NCBI GenBank assembly: GCA_001599295.1
Contig: BCGN01000003.1
Location: 1,550,001-1,614,000 of the forward strand
From: Sporopachydermia quercuum
Lineage: Eukaryota
DNA: 64,000 bases
Direction of reading: 5' to 3'
A program made the position numbers and the translations under genes. The stretch's first letter is position 1, and each line of letters begins with the position of its first letter. Below are positions 1 through 12,264 of the stretch, piece after piece. The notes beneath the pieces were generated by a model. That model was not told the origin of the DNA and ran no database searches. It saw nothing but the letters and a program-made list of their open reading frames with translations.

Positions 1-137
1 TTGACTACTTGGTCATCAGAGGTCTTGTTTCCATCTCCGGAATTTTCTTTCCAGGGTTTTTTCCCACCTTTACAAGCCTTGAATTTACCTCTCTTCTTTG
101 CTGCTTTCTTAGTAGCTGGCTCTCTCATTCGTGGCAT
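1..137 (-). CDS. 5' part of an unidentified gene running off the left edge (MPRMREPATKKAAKKRGKFKACKGGKKPWKENSGDGNKTSDDQVV...)
   Basis: ATG at 137-135 opens a stop-free, Lys-rich frame to the window edge, divergent from VPS71; no recognisable domain. Confidence 0.5.
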   Translation of the reverse strand, partial: MPRMREPATKKAAKKRGKFKACKGGKKPWKENSGDGNKTSDDQVV

Positions 138-981
138 GNTTAATTAAGGAGTGATGATCTATATTACAACTGGTTAGTAACCAATGTTCATGGCGCCTGG
201 GTAACGCGCGACAAAGCAAAAGCCATCAAGTTGTAAGCTAGGCACATATTGCAAAAGGGTATCATGGTACAAAGTACAAATATCTGATTGAATCAAGTTC
301 TGGTAGTTCAACTTAGTATGTATCAGGTTGATAGGGCTCTGTATGGTCCCAGACAGTTGTTTGATATAACTAATGGGAGTACTGTATTGATACTGGTTTA
401 GTTTCCATGAAAGTCTTGTTATGGCCACCCACTGCATAGACAATAANGATAGTGTTAAAGAAAGCCGAGAGAAAAGTAGAAAAGGAAAAATGGATAGGCT
501 GTTACGCGAGGAAGACAATTGTAAACAACAACAAACACAATTACAATCATAACAATGTCACAAGTGATCTAGCTCCACAGAACCATAACTCAAACGAGTA
601 AAATTAAGATAAAGTTAGGTTATTTCCAAATTTGACTTTACGAGTTGAAGCGGAAATTGTACCAACATTCCGGAGACAATGCTGTTCAGTTTTTTGATAA
701 GGTCCTTCTATTCTTCCTATACCTTTTTCTCCTCTTTTATTAATCCAAGAACTATTTCTGATAGCCAATAAGGCATTCCATTATATCAGGTTATATACCG
801 ATATTGAATATNTTATGCAAATATTTGTTGTTGTATTAGTTCTTTCTTTGTTTTGATAGCATCTGCTGAAAAGTTATTAGTTCTGGATTCCTCGCTCATT
901 TGTCTTTCGTCCTATAATACTGTAATTGCTCGGCTATCTATTTCCTTGGCAAAGTAGCATGAATCATAGATCTCTTTCACA

Positions 982-1563
982 ATGCCTCTAGTTGAAGACT
1001 TATCCATTCCTACGGTTAGGAAAGTCACCAAATCAATCCCTAGAGATAGAAGAGCTGCAGCAGTGAACTATGCTTACAGAGAGCCTGATCTTGAAGATGT
1101 TGCCATCACCTTTGACTCTCACTTATCGGTAGCTCAACAAAGAGCAATCGCAAAACATTTAGAAGATCTTGAGAAGGAAAATAATCCAACATTAGAGAAT
1201 AGCAATTTTTCTTCGCGATTAGTGGAAATACCAAAACCGATTGCTTATTTACCTGTGAAGTATTCTAACTTGGCACATCTACCGCACAGAAGGAAAACGA
1301 ATTCATCATTGTCTACACCTGGCGTTCGGAAGATTCTTATGTCTAAAAAGACTTTATCGAACTATTTGGACGAAGATGAATTTTCAACTGATTTATTATT
1401 ACGCAGGAGTTTAGTTGGACCAAGTAAATATCCTACTGAGAAAGTATGCACCGTATGTGGTTATTGGCAATCAGGAATGTGTTCGAAATGTGGCATGAGG
1501 TACTGTTCTTTGAACTGCATGCTAACTCATCTTGAAACCGACTGTACTAAGGCTTATCTTTGA
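982..1563 (+). CDS. VPS71: SWR1 complex subunit Vps71/Swc6 (zf-HIT)
   Basis: 193 aa; 'LEDLEKEN', 'STPGVRKILMSKKTLSNYLD' and C-terminal HIT zinc finger CTVCGYW...CSKCGMRYCSLNC...H...C. Confidence 0.9.
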   Translation: MPLVEDLSIPTVRKVTKSIPRDRRAAAVNYAYREPDLEDVAITFDSHLSVAQQRAIAKHLEDLEKENNPTLENSNFSSRLVEIPKPIAYLPVKYSNLAHLPHRRKTNSSLSTPGVRKILMSKKTLSNYLDEDEFSTDLLLRRSLVGPSKYPTEKVCTVCGYWQSGMCSKCGMRYCSLNCMLTHLETDCTKAYL

Positions 1564-2691
1564 TGATCGGTGCGTCTATAAACTTAGGATGGTTAGATGT
1601 ATTTGAATATTGAGNCACGGTGTATAGATTTGGTTCTACTTTTACAATACTGAAAAGCATTGTACCATGGAGAGGATAAAGACTATTATACCTCTCATTA
1701 TACTCGAGTGGTATCTATTACCAACTATTTGAGTATCACTATATATTCTGGTAAGAGGTGCGAAATGAGAGCACACCTCTAGATTGGAACTTTTTTATCT
1801 CACACTTTAACTAGAAGAAGCTACGAAGTCAGAAATGAAAGAACTGAAGATAATTCTTGCCGCCAGATGGTAAGTCATCAAAATCGTCCGTTCNCTACAG
1901 GAGCCAAGTTGGTTTGATGACTCTGTCATATACTATATTAGAGTCGTCTGATGGAAACTATTCCCAGGGGATGGCTTTCCAGTTTTAAGAACAATCATGA
2001 GACACTAGTCGCTATGATTCATTTCTAAAATCTATCTAAGTAGTTAAGTAGTTGAATCTTTACCATTCTAAACTCAACAACATATGTACTATAGCAATAA
2101 ATGAACGATGACTGTTCTCCTGGTATTATCCTTATCCAAGTAATTCGTCAATTGGTGATAAATATGATCAATAATGATTAGGTAATCTAAAATACTAAAT
2201 GACTGTTGGTCTATCCGTCTTGCATAATAATACATGAAATGGCTTAAGTCCGACTTTATTTTTTTATTAGCCAAGTTCAACAGCAAATCATCGAAATGTA
2301 TGCATCACCTACATTTAGCTAAGAGGAAGCCCAAAGATACTTCTAATGGTTTATATTGCATTGTTTTCCATGAAGGCCCTTGGCTTTGTATGGTGTTATA
2401 CATTGTATACCTGTCCTGTGTCACGGATTCTGAAGATACTTGCAGAAAGACACATGTCTTATACATCAAGTTCTAGCACATTTCAATCCATTGACTCATA
2501 TTTCATCCTTATTATACATCTTTCTTATACCATTCAAGAGGACTACTAATAGTTACAATTTGTCCATTGAGTGATCTCTTAATTATTACCAATAACTATC
2601 ACTTCGAACCAGCAAATAATAGTAGCAAAGGTNNAAGCTTACTTTGGAAGTTTCAGGGAATTATACATCCATAGCTTCNACGTCCCTAACG

Positions 2692-4554
2692 ATGCTAGTC
2701 TCAAGAGCCTTTAATAAGGCNCACATCAACTTGCGCTGCAGGATCAAACAGATAAATCTTGGTTTCTACAAAATATCTGCTCATACTATGTCAAAAGCAA
2801 GAAGTTTTGCCACACAAGCTAATGAAGGCAGATTCAAAATTGCCATTGTTGGCTCAGGACCTGCTGGGTTCTACACTGCCGCTAGGATCATTCAATTTCT
2901 ACCGAAAGAGCCTATAGACATCGACATGTTTGAAAGTTTGCCAGTTCCTTACGGATTAGCAAGGTTTGGTGTTGCTCCTGATCATCCTGAAGTGAAGAAC
3001 TGCGAAGAGAAGTTCGATGAAGTCTTGGCTTTAAACAAAGCAGTGACAGGTCCTGTCTTCAATTTTTATGGCAACGTTAAAATAGGAGAGGACTTGCCAT
3101 TAGAGCAATTGAAAGAGAGCTATAATGCTGTATTTTTAACATATGGCTGTAAAGGTGAGAATTCTCTGGGAGTCCCAAATGAAAATTTACCAGGCGTAAA
3201 ATCTGCTAGACAATTTGTTGGCTGGTATAACGGCCATCCTGACTTTCAAGATTTCAATCCAATGATTAATAAATATGGGGTGGAAGATGTAACGATCATA
3301 GGAAATGGTAACGTGGCTTTAGATGTTGCTAGAATGTTACTTACTCCCGTTGATCTTCTGCGGAATACAGATATTACTGAAGAAGCCCTTGAGACTCTGA
3401 GTGAAAGCAGAGTACAGCGGGTAAATATTGTAGCTCGTAGAGGTGTGATTCACAGTGCTTTCACTATTAAAGAGCTACGGGAGCTTTTAACGCTAGAAAA
3501 ATACGGACTAAAGTACATTCCCGTAAATAGTAGCGACATGGATGTTTTAGAACCTTTTAGACAATCAATGGAACGGGCATTGGCTAGGAAAATTGCTCTT
3601 TTGGAGGAATACGCCTTTCCTATGGAGCATCGTTTGGCAAGTGCGAAAGGTAAAAAGAAGCTCCAAATGGAAAAATCTATAGAAGAGCGCGATAGACTAA
3701 GAATCACGAATTCTCATTTGTATCTCACTAAGGAATGGACTTTGAAGTACCATCTAGCTCCTCAAGGATTTATAGCTCATGAGTTTGATAGAGACCTGTT
3801 ATCAGCTACTCAATTCAAAGCTACGAAACTTGCTGATGCCTCGAACAGGGACGAAGATAAATCAGGCTTGTTTGAAGTGAGCAATAACAACAAGTCAATT
3901 GATCCTGATTCTGAAAAGGTGAAAATTGAAGGTGATACTCGTTATATTAAGAACGAGCTAGTGTTTAAATCGATTGGCTATAAAGGTGAACAGCTTAAAG
4001 GTTCCGAGTCAATCAACTTGCCCTTTGATAAGCTGAAAAAGATTATTCCTAATGTTCAAGGTAGAATAGTATCTCCCAAATACTACTATGATTCTAGTTT
4101 CGCTGGTTATATATTATCTGGAAACACAGGAAAAGCTACGCCTGCCCCAGTATCACATCACAATCGATTGGATAATCAACTGATTATAGAAGAAGAGGAA
4201 GAACCCATAGAATATTACCCTGGCTGGTACGTTTCTGGGTGGATTAAAAAGGGCCCAAGAGGAGTAATCGTTGATACGCTGAGTGATGCTTATGAGACAG
4301 CTGAATTATTTGTTCATGACTATGAGAAAGGATTCAACAACGTTCTCTATAGCAATTCCATCACTGGGGATGGGATCAAACAAAGTAAGCCTGGATTTGA
4401 AAAGGTGAAAGAGACTTTAGATAATAAAAATATCAGATACATTACAACAGAAGATTGGGAGAAGATCAACAAGGCAGAATTAGAAGAAGGGTCAAAAAAG
4501 GGTAAGCCAAGGGTGAAATTTACTAATTTGAAAAAGATATTGAATGTGTTGTGA
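2692..4554 (+). CDS. ARH1: Mitochondrial NADPH:adrenodoxin (ferredoxin) oxidoreductase
   Basis: FAD motif IVGSGPAGFY, GLARFGVAPDHPEVKN, NADP motif IGNGNVALDVAR, GWIKKGPRGVI; first ATG at 2692 gives a basic presequence (alternative ATG 2788). Confidence 0.95.
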   Translation: MLVSRAFNKXHINLRCRIKQINLGFYKISAHTMSKARSFATQANEGRFKIAIVGSGPAGFYTAARIIQFLPKEPIDIDMFESLPVPYGLARFGVAPDHPEVKNCEEKFDEVLALNKAVTGPVFNFYGNVKIGEDLPLEQLKESYNAVFLTYGCKGENSLGVPNENLPGVKSARQFVGWYNGHPDFQDFNPMINKYGVEDVTIIGNGNVALDVARMLLTPVDLLRNTDITEEALETLSESRVQRVNIVARRGVIHSAFTIKELRELLTLEKYGLKYIPVNSSDMDVLEPFRQSMERALARKIALLEEYAFPMEHRLASAKGKKKLQMEKSIEERDRLRITNSHLYLTKEWTLKYHLAPQGFIAHEFDRDLLSATQFKATKLADASNRDEDKSGLFEVSNNNKSIDPDSEKVKIEGDTRYIKNELVFKSIGYKGEQLKGSESINLPFDKLKKIIPNVQGRIVSPKYYYDSSFAGYILSGNTGKATPAPVSHHNRLDNQLIIEEEEEPIEYYPGWYVSGWIKKGPRGVIVDTLSDAYETAELFVHDYEKGFNNVLYSNSITGDGIKQSKPGFEKVKETLDNKNIRYITTEDWEKINKAELEEGSKKGKPRVKFTNLKKILNVL

Positions 4555-4919
4555 TAGCAATAGTAACGATAGTGATTATATAGTATCATGACTTAATATC
4601 TCTTGTAAATAGCATAATACAAATAAGATGAAACGTATTTCAATGGAGAGAGGTTTAATGCTCTCAGAAGTAGTGTTACAGTTAGATGAAATGCGAAGAG
4701 CATATTCTATGAAAAAAATGTGAAAGTCGTATATTATCAATGGATAAATATTTTATTCTCCTATAGTTGTTAAACATGACAAAAACAAACCAGACATCAA
4801 TCAAAATGACGTTTAATGAAAATGTGTATATGTTCTCCAATTGCATATATGTCTTTTTGGCTTATATCCAATCAGAAGTGACACATGCAAATAAATGTGT
4901 TCTCATTGCATCAATTGAT

Positions 4920-5958
4920 TTAGTGATCCTTGTGGTGACGGACTAAATTGACGGTTAGTATTAAGTGACGTTATAGATAGAAGGAAAAAAAAAAATTAAA
5001 AAAAAACTGCTGTAGAGAATGGAAAACATACGATGGAAGTAATAATCCATGGAGTATCCAAGAATCAAAACGAAGAAAGCAAGGTGTAGGATGGGCTTGC
5101 CGCTGGCGTTTTCACCATCAAAGAACTTGACTCTGTATCTGTCAATTAAGCCTTTGGCTTGGACAGCAGGAGCATCTCCTCTTGGTAAGGCCTTGTAAAA
5201 AGAGACGACATTGGCCATTCTCTTAGCATTAGGTGCGGCTCCAAGATTCTATTTGATTTGTTAATAAATTGAAGTAATAGAAAAAGTATTCTACTGAGTA
5301 TAAATTTTGAAAAATGATTGATAGACACAGATAATTTGAGATGTATCATAGTAATTGATATGCTGACTGGTGTTGATGTTGAAATTGATAGGGGCTGTTA
5401 AGTGTATAAGAGAAGTATATAACGTGTCAATCTTTCCATAGTGATTTCCTCCAACTGTCTTTACCTTTGATGTTTACTTTTCACTCTTCCGGCCTTCCTT
5501 GTGGCAGCTGTTGATTCCATACCCAAACATTAACAAAATAAAAGTACTCCCTGTCGTTAAATGACTTTTATATTTAGCCGTCCAATGTATACTTTGATTC
5601 TTCCAATATGCATATAAATACTATTGAAAACACGTTTTCTGCTGCTCTGCTGCTGAATTTCAACTACAATCGAGTGTTTATTATCACCGGTCTTCATAGT
5701 AAATGCCACCTACAAAATTCATCCCAAATCATTAAGGTGTACATCTCCAATAATAACATAACCATATCTTCTACCCTCTTAACTCATTCAAAACTTTCAG
5801 AAAAAGCCAATTGCGTGATTTCTGTTTCCCATCATTCGTGAAAAGTGAGTTATCATATCAATTTCAAACTACTACTTCAGTGCCATTATACTTACAGTTG
5901 CAGATGCAATCTTAGGAGGAATCAAAGTAGAAAGTGATCGCTTGATAACAAAAGACAT
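4920..5958 (-). CDS. ATP17: Mitochondrial ATP synthase subunit f, 3 exons
   Basis: Exons 5958-5896 (MSFVIKRSLSTLIPPKIASAT), 5248-5032 (NLGAAPNAKRMANVVSFYK...YYFH), 4942-4920 (LRHHKDH*). Intron 5895-5249: GTAAGT..TATTAAC..TAG, 647 nt. Intron 5031-4943: GTATGT..TACTAAC..TAG, 89 nt. Confidence 0.93.
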
Positions 5959-6642
5959 CTTGACTATAGTTTATCACTCAATCAATTGATGGTATATTCA
6001 ATGTACACTTCAATGATACTTCCTATATAATCAATTGCTGTTTGATGATGAAGGAATTGAATTCGATCAACTTAAGACGTCGTAAAGGACTATCTAACGT
6101 CGAGAAGATCCCTCACAAAACACTCAGGGAGAAGAAACTTCAATATGAATGGTCAACTCCTATTATTGTGGCTGGGAGAATGGGTGTAGAACAATCCGAT
6201 TAAGGTTTACTGGCAGGAAGTTTGAATGAAAGAATCCGGAAACACTAGTTGCCATGGAGTGAGAGGTGAAGTGAAATATGAGGGTAAACCTATGTAAATG
6301 GATGATGACGGTAAGATAATAAAGATAAGAAAAGCAAACGAAAGGATGAAAATGATAGAGAAAATTGACAAAAATGAGATCGAATCACTACTTANCTGGG
6401 TTACAATCAATTAAGAGTATTGATCAGTCTTGTTAAATATTGTGGACTCAGTAAGCATTGAGCTTATTAGTAACTAAAACATGTATGTATCTAGCCATCA
6501 GAGCAATACTAATTATTACTGTCAAATATCTACATTCATTCATCTATCATGAAAAAAATCTTAAACATCAAGCCATTAAATATTTTTATCTTACTCCGAG
6601 ACAATAAATCACTATATTATAGAAACACTTTCATGCACTTCT

Positions 6643-7986
6643 TTAACGAGGAGTGTATGAACTGTTTTGGAGGATCAGAGATTTGATATATTCCTTCAAT
6701 TCCGAATCTTCGCTACTAGCAGGCTTGAAAATATCACCATTCAAACATAGTTGGAGAAATTGATTCTGAATATACTGTTCAAAGTCCCGGGACTTCAAAT
6801 AATGAATTGTGTCATAAATAACTTGATAATACTCTCCTCCTGAAGACAATTTATCAAACAAGGCCTGAGAATCAACATAACCGTTGAAAACAATCCCAAT
6901 CTCAAGTAGATACAGATCGGTCAAGTCGGGTAAATTCGTCTTGTTGATAAAATCATGACAATGCAAACGAAAGTTCGGTAATTTGTTGACTCTTCCTTCT
7001 TGGCGTTCTCTAAATACTGAGTTTAAGAACATAACATCCAAATGTATATAAGCAGCCAAGTATCCATAAAGTGTTTGCCTCATCAGCCTTTTCTTGGTTC
7101 TTAGAAGTCTTGTAAGCTTAAAGTTCAAGTATTTAGCGTTAGTATTTGTCATTGACTTTATATCCTCATAATAGCTCAATCCTATTATACTTCCATTGAT
7201 ATAATTCTCATCTCTGGATTCTACCTGGGAATCAATGTTTCTGACTTTCAAACTGTGAATCGACTCTGGAGTAGATATATCATAATTATTATCTTCTTCA
7301 GCAGGATAGGGTATTTCCAATGTTTTGACTGAGAATGAGGAGGTAAACCATCCGGGTATCCATCGGTCTGGTAAACGTTGTTCAGTTATAAAGGTATTAT
7401 TTTCAATGATCTTGTCTTTCAAAATAGATTTAAAAGAGGTTTGCTTCTCTTTGATTTTTTCAATAATTCTCATAAGTGTTTTGTTTTCCAACATTTGTGA
7501 GATCCATTCTTTTGCTTGATTATCATCAACAACATTTGACTTAGGTATAATAGTTGGTCGTTGATGGTTATAATCTATGGATACATCTATATTTTGATGA
7601 TGGCTAAATCCTGTCTCAATATTTTCTTTGCTATCATACTCGATAGTATATAAGTCAAGTGTGTCGCTACACAGAGGTTCTGGATATTGATTAGATCCCC
7701 CCATTAACTGGAAATCCACATGATTAGCAGGGGTAGAGCTAAGAGTTGAAACACTATCGTTACAGCAATATGTATCATATAGATCATAGAGCATGTTCGG
7801 GTATTTGTAAGTCTCTGCGACGCCACTACCGTGCTTTGACTGATGCTTAGTGTCGTTTATATCCTGACTTGCTTTTTCACTGGTTCGTTGTCTCGGCCAA
7901 TAGTAGCCAAATGGATGATTATAGTCTTCCTGATATCCAAATCCTCCATTTAATTTATCTCCTTGTATTTCTGTTTCCGTAGCCAT
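6643..7986 (-). CDS. Hypothetical 447-aa protein, no recognised family
   Basis: Long ATG-initiated ORF in AT-rich DNA, not overlapping another gene; hydrophilic N-terminal half, helical-looking C-terminal half. Confidence 0.7.
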   Translation of the reverse strand: MATETEIQGDKLNGGFGYQEDYNHPFGYYWPRQRTSEKASQDINDTKHQSKHGSGVAETYKYPNMLYDLYDTYCCNDSVSTLSSTPANHVDFQLMGGSNQYPEPLCSDTLDLYTIEYDSKENIETGFSHHQNIDVSIDYNHQRPTIIPKSNVVDDNQAKEWISQMLENKTLMRIIEKIKEKQTSFKSILKDKIIENNTFITEQRLPDRWIPGWFTSSFSVKTLEIPYPAEEDNNYDISTPESIHSLKVRNIDSQVESRDENYINGSIIGLSYYEDIKSMTNTNAKYLNFKLTRLLRTKKRLMRQTLYGYLAAYIHLDVMFLNSVFRERQEGRVNKLPNFRLHCHDFINKTNLPDLTDLYLLEIGIVFNGYVDSQALFDKLSSGGEYYQVIYDTIHYLKSRDFEQYIQNQFLQLCLNGDIFKPASSEDSELKEYIKSLILQNSSYTPR

Positions 7987-8526
7987 GTTGATAGAGCCAA
8001 TTCAATATCTTTTTCTTTGCTGCTATCTATTTAATCTAAGATTTACCATAAGCAATCTTAATTACATTCCCCAATTTATTATTATAATTGACATAAATGC
8101 ACATCTGATACTTCAGTGGTAAAGCAGTACATAAAAGCAATTCAACTAATCTTACACATAAGTCAGATCGAACTATAAGGTAGAAGAAATAAAGGAAAGC
8201 GACTCTCTGGAGATTCTCTAGAGTTTTGGTTATGTACCGGGTGAGAAATGGCCAGAAGCGGAAATGATATAAGAGATTGTTTTTATTTTTTATTTTATTT
8301 TGGTTAATGATCATAAATACATGTTGTAGTAGTTCTCAGCACTAAATATTNAAAAAAAATCCTTTTGTATGGAGCAAGTGAAAATTATTGATTGAAGGAG
8401 GAGATAGATAAGAAAGAAACATATTGACCGATCCATTCCAAACTGAAAGTGATGAAGTTTTGATGTTAATTTACTGTTCAAGAGAAGCTTAAATTTGTAA
8501 GTTTTAGTGGATTTGCATTATTTGAT

Positions 8527-10461
8527 ATGACGGAAACTACAGGTAGCCAAGATACTGGCTTGAAGAGATCAGCCGAGGAACCTCATCTTGGAGTTGAGAC
8601 CAAGAAGGTCCATATAGAGGGGAAGGGGGAAAAAGCGAAAGAAAACTCCAAGGATGAATCAACCCAAATCGACGGCTATGTCAAAGGTATAGCTGCGATC
8701 AAAAAAGAATACTTGATAAGCAATGACACAAGGGCAACGATTGATGACGATCAAGCGGAATCTGGAGGCTCATTGGAAGTAAAGAAAGATCAAAAAGGCA
8801 AACGAAGAGGTCAGAATAAGAATCGAAAATTGACTCAAGGAAGAGAAATAATCAAGTTATGTGACTCNCTTTTGAGGATTCCCCGTGTGGAATGTCAATT
8901 TGCTGAGGGCTGTCGATTTGAGCATGACGTGGAAAAATATTTGGCTTCCAAACCAGCAGATATCCCTGGTATATGCCCTGTGTACGAAGCCATTGGATAC
9001 TGTCCATCAGGTGTAAGATGTCGCTGGCTACATAGTCATTACAGTGTAGAAACTAACGATGTTACTGTGGATTATGCTAAATGGGAAGAATCAAAGAAGA
9101 CCAATTACGAAGTCAACAGAATTGATGTGGATGATAGGCTGTCACTTCAGAAAAAGAAAGTTAAATACGAAAGAGCTGACCAATATATCAAGTATTTAGA
9201 TTCAATCGTGCAAACTCAAAAAGATGAGACTGCTTCTGAATCCAATGACAGTTCCATTGATAAAGATGCAGTGAAAGAGAATGCTGCTTCATACGTGGAA
9301 CCACCGTTCCTTCCTGAGGAAAAAAAGCCATTGTATTTAAAGGGAGCAAAGATAGTCTCACCATTAACAACTGTTGGTAATCTACCTTACAGAAGATTGA
9401 TGAAGAGCTTAGGAGCTGATGTCACATATTCTGAAATGGCATTATGTCTTCCCGTCATTCAAGGTGCTAAAGCTGAGTGGGCACTGACCAGGGCACACAG
9501 TTCTGAAATTCCTGGCTTTGGTGTTCAACTAGCAACTTCAAAGTACTGGCAAGCTGTGAAAGCTGTTGATGCCATAGAAAGATTCGGAAACAAAACAAAT
9601 GCATTATCTGAATATAATTTGAATTGTGGCTGTCCAATTGACCTTATCTACCGTACTGGTGCTGGATCGGGCTTGATGGATAATCCAACTAAAATGTTCA
9701 GAATTCTTAATGGTATGAATGCTGTTAGTGGTGAAACTCCTGTAACTGTCAAAATCAGAATGGGTACACGTGATGGAAAACCTACTGCGCTTTCTCTGGT
9801 TAAGCGATTGGTCCATGAAACAAACGTTGCAGCTATCACAATCCACGGAAGGTCTAGGCAGCAAAGGTATACCAAGGTAGCTGATTGGAAATATATCGGT
9901 GAAGTGGCAGAGGTTGTGAAGTCAGAGTATGACGAGAGTGACAAAGACAAACGACAAGGAAGACGTCCTTGGATCATTGGCAATGGTGATTGCTTCAACT
10001 TTGAAGATTGGCATGCTGCTATTAACGATCATAAAGTTGATTCCGTGATGGTGGCCAGAGGAGCATTGATTAAGCCATGGATTTTTGAAGAAATCGATTC
10101 TCAGCAGTATATTGACAAGTCGGCCACTGAAAGACTGGAATACCTGAAGACCTTTTCACACTATGCCTTGGAACATTGGGGATCGGATGAATATGGTCTT
10201 AATATGGCTAGAAGATTTATGTGCGAATTTATCTCGTTCACCCATAGATACATTCCGGTAGGTATACTGGAACGATTGCCTGCGAAGTTAAACGAGAGAC
10301 CACCTTTATGGAAAGGTCGTAATGAACTTGAAACATTGCTAGGTAGCAATGATTATAAGGATTGGATTAAAATAACAGAGATGTTTTTGGGACCTGTTGG
10401 TGACAGTTTCCAATTTACTCCCAAACATAAAAGTAATTCCTATGAAATGACATCAGCTTAA
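8527..10461 (+). CDS. DUS3: tRNA-dihydrouridine(47) synthase
   Basis: Tandem CCCH zinc fingers; PLTTVGNLPYRR, NLNCGCPID, IHGRSRQQRY, ARGALIKPWIF and C-terminal FTPKHKSNSY. Confidence 0.96.
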   Translation: MTETTGSQDTGLKRSAEEPHLGVETKKVHIEGKGEKAKENSKDESTQIDGYVKGIAAIKKEYLISNDTRATIDDDQAESGGSLEVKKDQKGKRRGQNKNRKLTQGREIIKLCDXLLRIPRVECQFAEGCRFEHDVEKYLASKPADIPGICPVYEAIGYCPSGVRCRWLHSHYSVETNDVTVDYAKWEESKKTNYEVNRIDVDDRLSLQKKKVKYERADQYIKYLDSIVQTQKDETASESNDSSIDKDAVKENAASYVEPPFLPEEKKPLYLKGAKIVSPLTTVGNLPYRRLMKSLGADVTYSEMALCLPVIQGAKAEWALTRAHSSEIPGFGVQLATSKYWQAVKAVDAIERFGNKTNALSEYNLNCGCPIDLIYRTGAGSGLMDNPTKMFRILNGMNAVSGETPVTVKIRMGTRDGKPTALSLVKRLVHETNVAAITIHGRSRQQRYTKVADWKYIGEVAEVVKSEYDESDKDKRQGRRPWIIGNGDCFNFEDWHAAINDHKVDSVMVARGALIKPWIFEEIDSQQYIDKSATERLEYLKTFSHYALEHWGSDEYGLNMARRFMCEFISFTHRYIPVGILERLPAKLNERPPLWKGRNELETLLGSNDYKDWIKITEMFLGPVGDSFQFTPKHKSNSYEMTSA

Positions 10462-10609
10462 GCTTCATAAACGTTGCATTTACAAAAATAAAATAAAATA
10501 AAACTTTTAGCAAATCTACCAAACAAATCATCATAAAAAATAGTAGGCTAATTTCGAATAGTGCTTAAATTCAAAACATATAGTGTCCTTTATTTATAGT
10601 GTCTATGAA

Positions 10610-11330
10610 TCAATCAGTCTTTTTATCTGATACTATTCCAGATTTGTCATTCAACTCATCAGAGACTTTCTCATATTCTTTAGAAAGACCTTCAGCTTGC
10701 TTCTTCAAAGCAGTAATATCTTTATCCTTCTTTTCTAACTTCGCCTTGAGTTCATTAACAATATCTGATTCAGCTACTGTAGCAGCACTTGTAGAAGCGG
10801 ATGAAGACTTTTTCAATTGGTCTTTCAACTCCATGACTTGATTCAAAAGAGTATACAATCTGTTTAGGATTAAGCTCAAAAACAAGGTGAATCCACACAA
10901 GTACATATTTCTTTGAGCATAAAATTTTCTGGCTTGAAGTTCTGACCTATCACTTCCAACAAACATAGTGGAGGAGTTCCTAGATTGGTCTTGAGAGTTT
11001 TGATCCATTGGACTTGTCTTGTATACTCTATTGACAGAGTCAACAAATAACAATAATATAAACCCAAGAAGGAACTTCAGACCTATTTGAACTTCAGTTG
11101 ATCTGAATGAAACGTTAACTGTTTTTATGATTGTTCTGCGAACAGCATTGGGTAAAGGCAATGATAACGCCACAACAAATGCCATCTCAGCAATAAGGAT
11201 GAAAAACACCTGTAGAATGCGGTTAGACTCTGACTCCAGCTTGTTATTTCTTCCATCATGTCTACGCCAATCAATTATCAAATGTTAAAAACAACACTTA
11301 AGTACTTACCAATGAATAATATAAAGTCAT
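10610..11330 (-). CDS. YET3: BAP31-family ER membrane protein (Yet3-like), 2 exons
   Basis: Exon 1 11330-11310 (MTLYYSL); intron 11309-11210 (GTAAGT..GTCTAAC..CAG); exon 2 VFFILIAEM...RKFYAQRNMYLCGFTLFL, coiled coil, C-terminal KKTD (KKxx). Confidence 0.88.
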
Positions 11331-12002
11331 TCTGCTTTATTGTTTCTCCTAATCAGTATGTATCAATATCAATTATCTAACAAATATACTCAAGTCTAAT
11401 TGATCTGATAACTTCAGCCACTCAATCGTATTTAGTTGATTCCTTTGAAGATTCCTTTGAAAAGTTATGACATAAACAAATAAAAGTGCCTCGCAATTGC
11501 CAGATATCAAAAGAATTAATCGAACACTTGACTTGTCAGGAAAAGAATGAGAAGGGCACCCTAAGTACTACAATAAAGATAATTCTAGTATGTAAGTTGT
11601 TTTAGGAAGGCGATGATGTAGTCAGTAATTAACAGAAAGCTTAATTGCTATGTCACTACCAGAAAAGGAACAGGTTATGGGCAGGTATGATAATTACTTC
11701 TTCAAAAATAATTTCTTGACTTCCATATTCATTAATCTTCCTTCGGTTAAATTCGAAGAACAGGGGAGAAAACTAATTCTGTTCTGGTGGGCGACTGATT
11801 GGTGGATCAATTGTCACTTCTACGCACAATTAAAGATCGCACAATCTCTCAGTAAAGACTATGCATCTAGATGAAACAGGCAAAGTAACTAAGTACCTTT
11901 CTTCGCGTTGAAAGCCGATATATTATGTACGATCAAACTTTATGCTTGGACAATAACGGAAATAATACAAATGGAGAACAATACAAAGGAGCAATTAAGT
12001 AA

Positions 12003-12264
12003 GGATTACATAATCGGAAAACAGAAAGTGGGTTGATATTTAGTTTCACTCACTATGGTATGCACGAAATCTGCACAATTTTCTTGAACCTTAAAGAAAC
12101 CAGAATTTATCATTTGTATGGGTTTCTTAACCTTTTCTTTCAAACCTGGTTCTTAAAGTTAAGATTCTCTGCACAATTCTGCGAAATTGATGCATATGCA
12201 ATGCATACCATAGTAAGTGAAACTAAATCTCAACTCACTTTTTTGTTTGCCGATTATGTAATCC
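12003..12264. mobile_element. Non-autonomous MITE, PIF/Harbinger (Tourist)-like
   Basis: ~62-bp imperfect terminal inverted repeats (12003-12064 vs 12202-12264), GGATTACATAATCGG...CCGATTATGTAATCC, flanked by direct TAA at 12000-12002 and 12265-12267; no coding capacity. Confidence 0.72.

Noticed and set aside
6181..6197. TGGGTG-tag-AACAATCC, complementary to the 25S A-loop region
   Set aside because: Interrupted match with no properly placed box D or H/ACA hairpin
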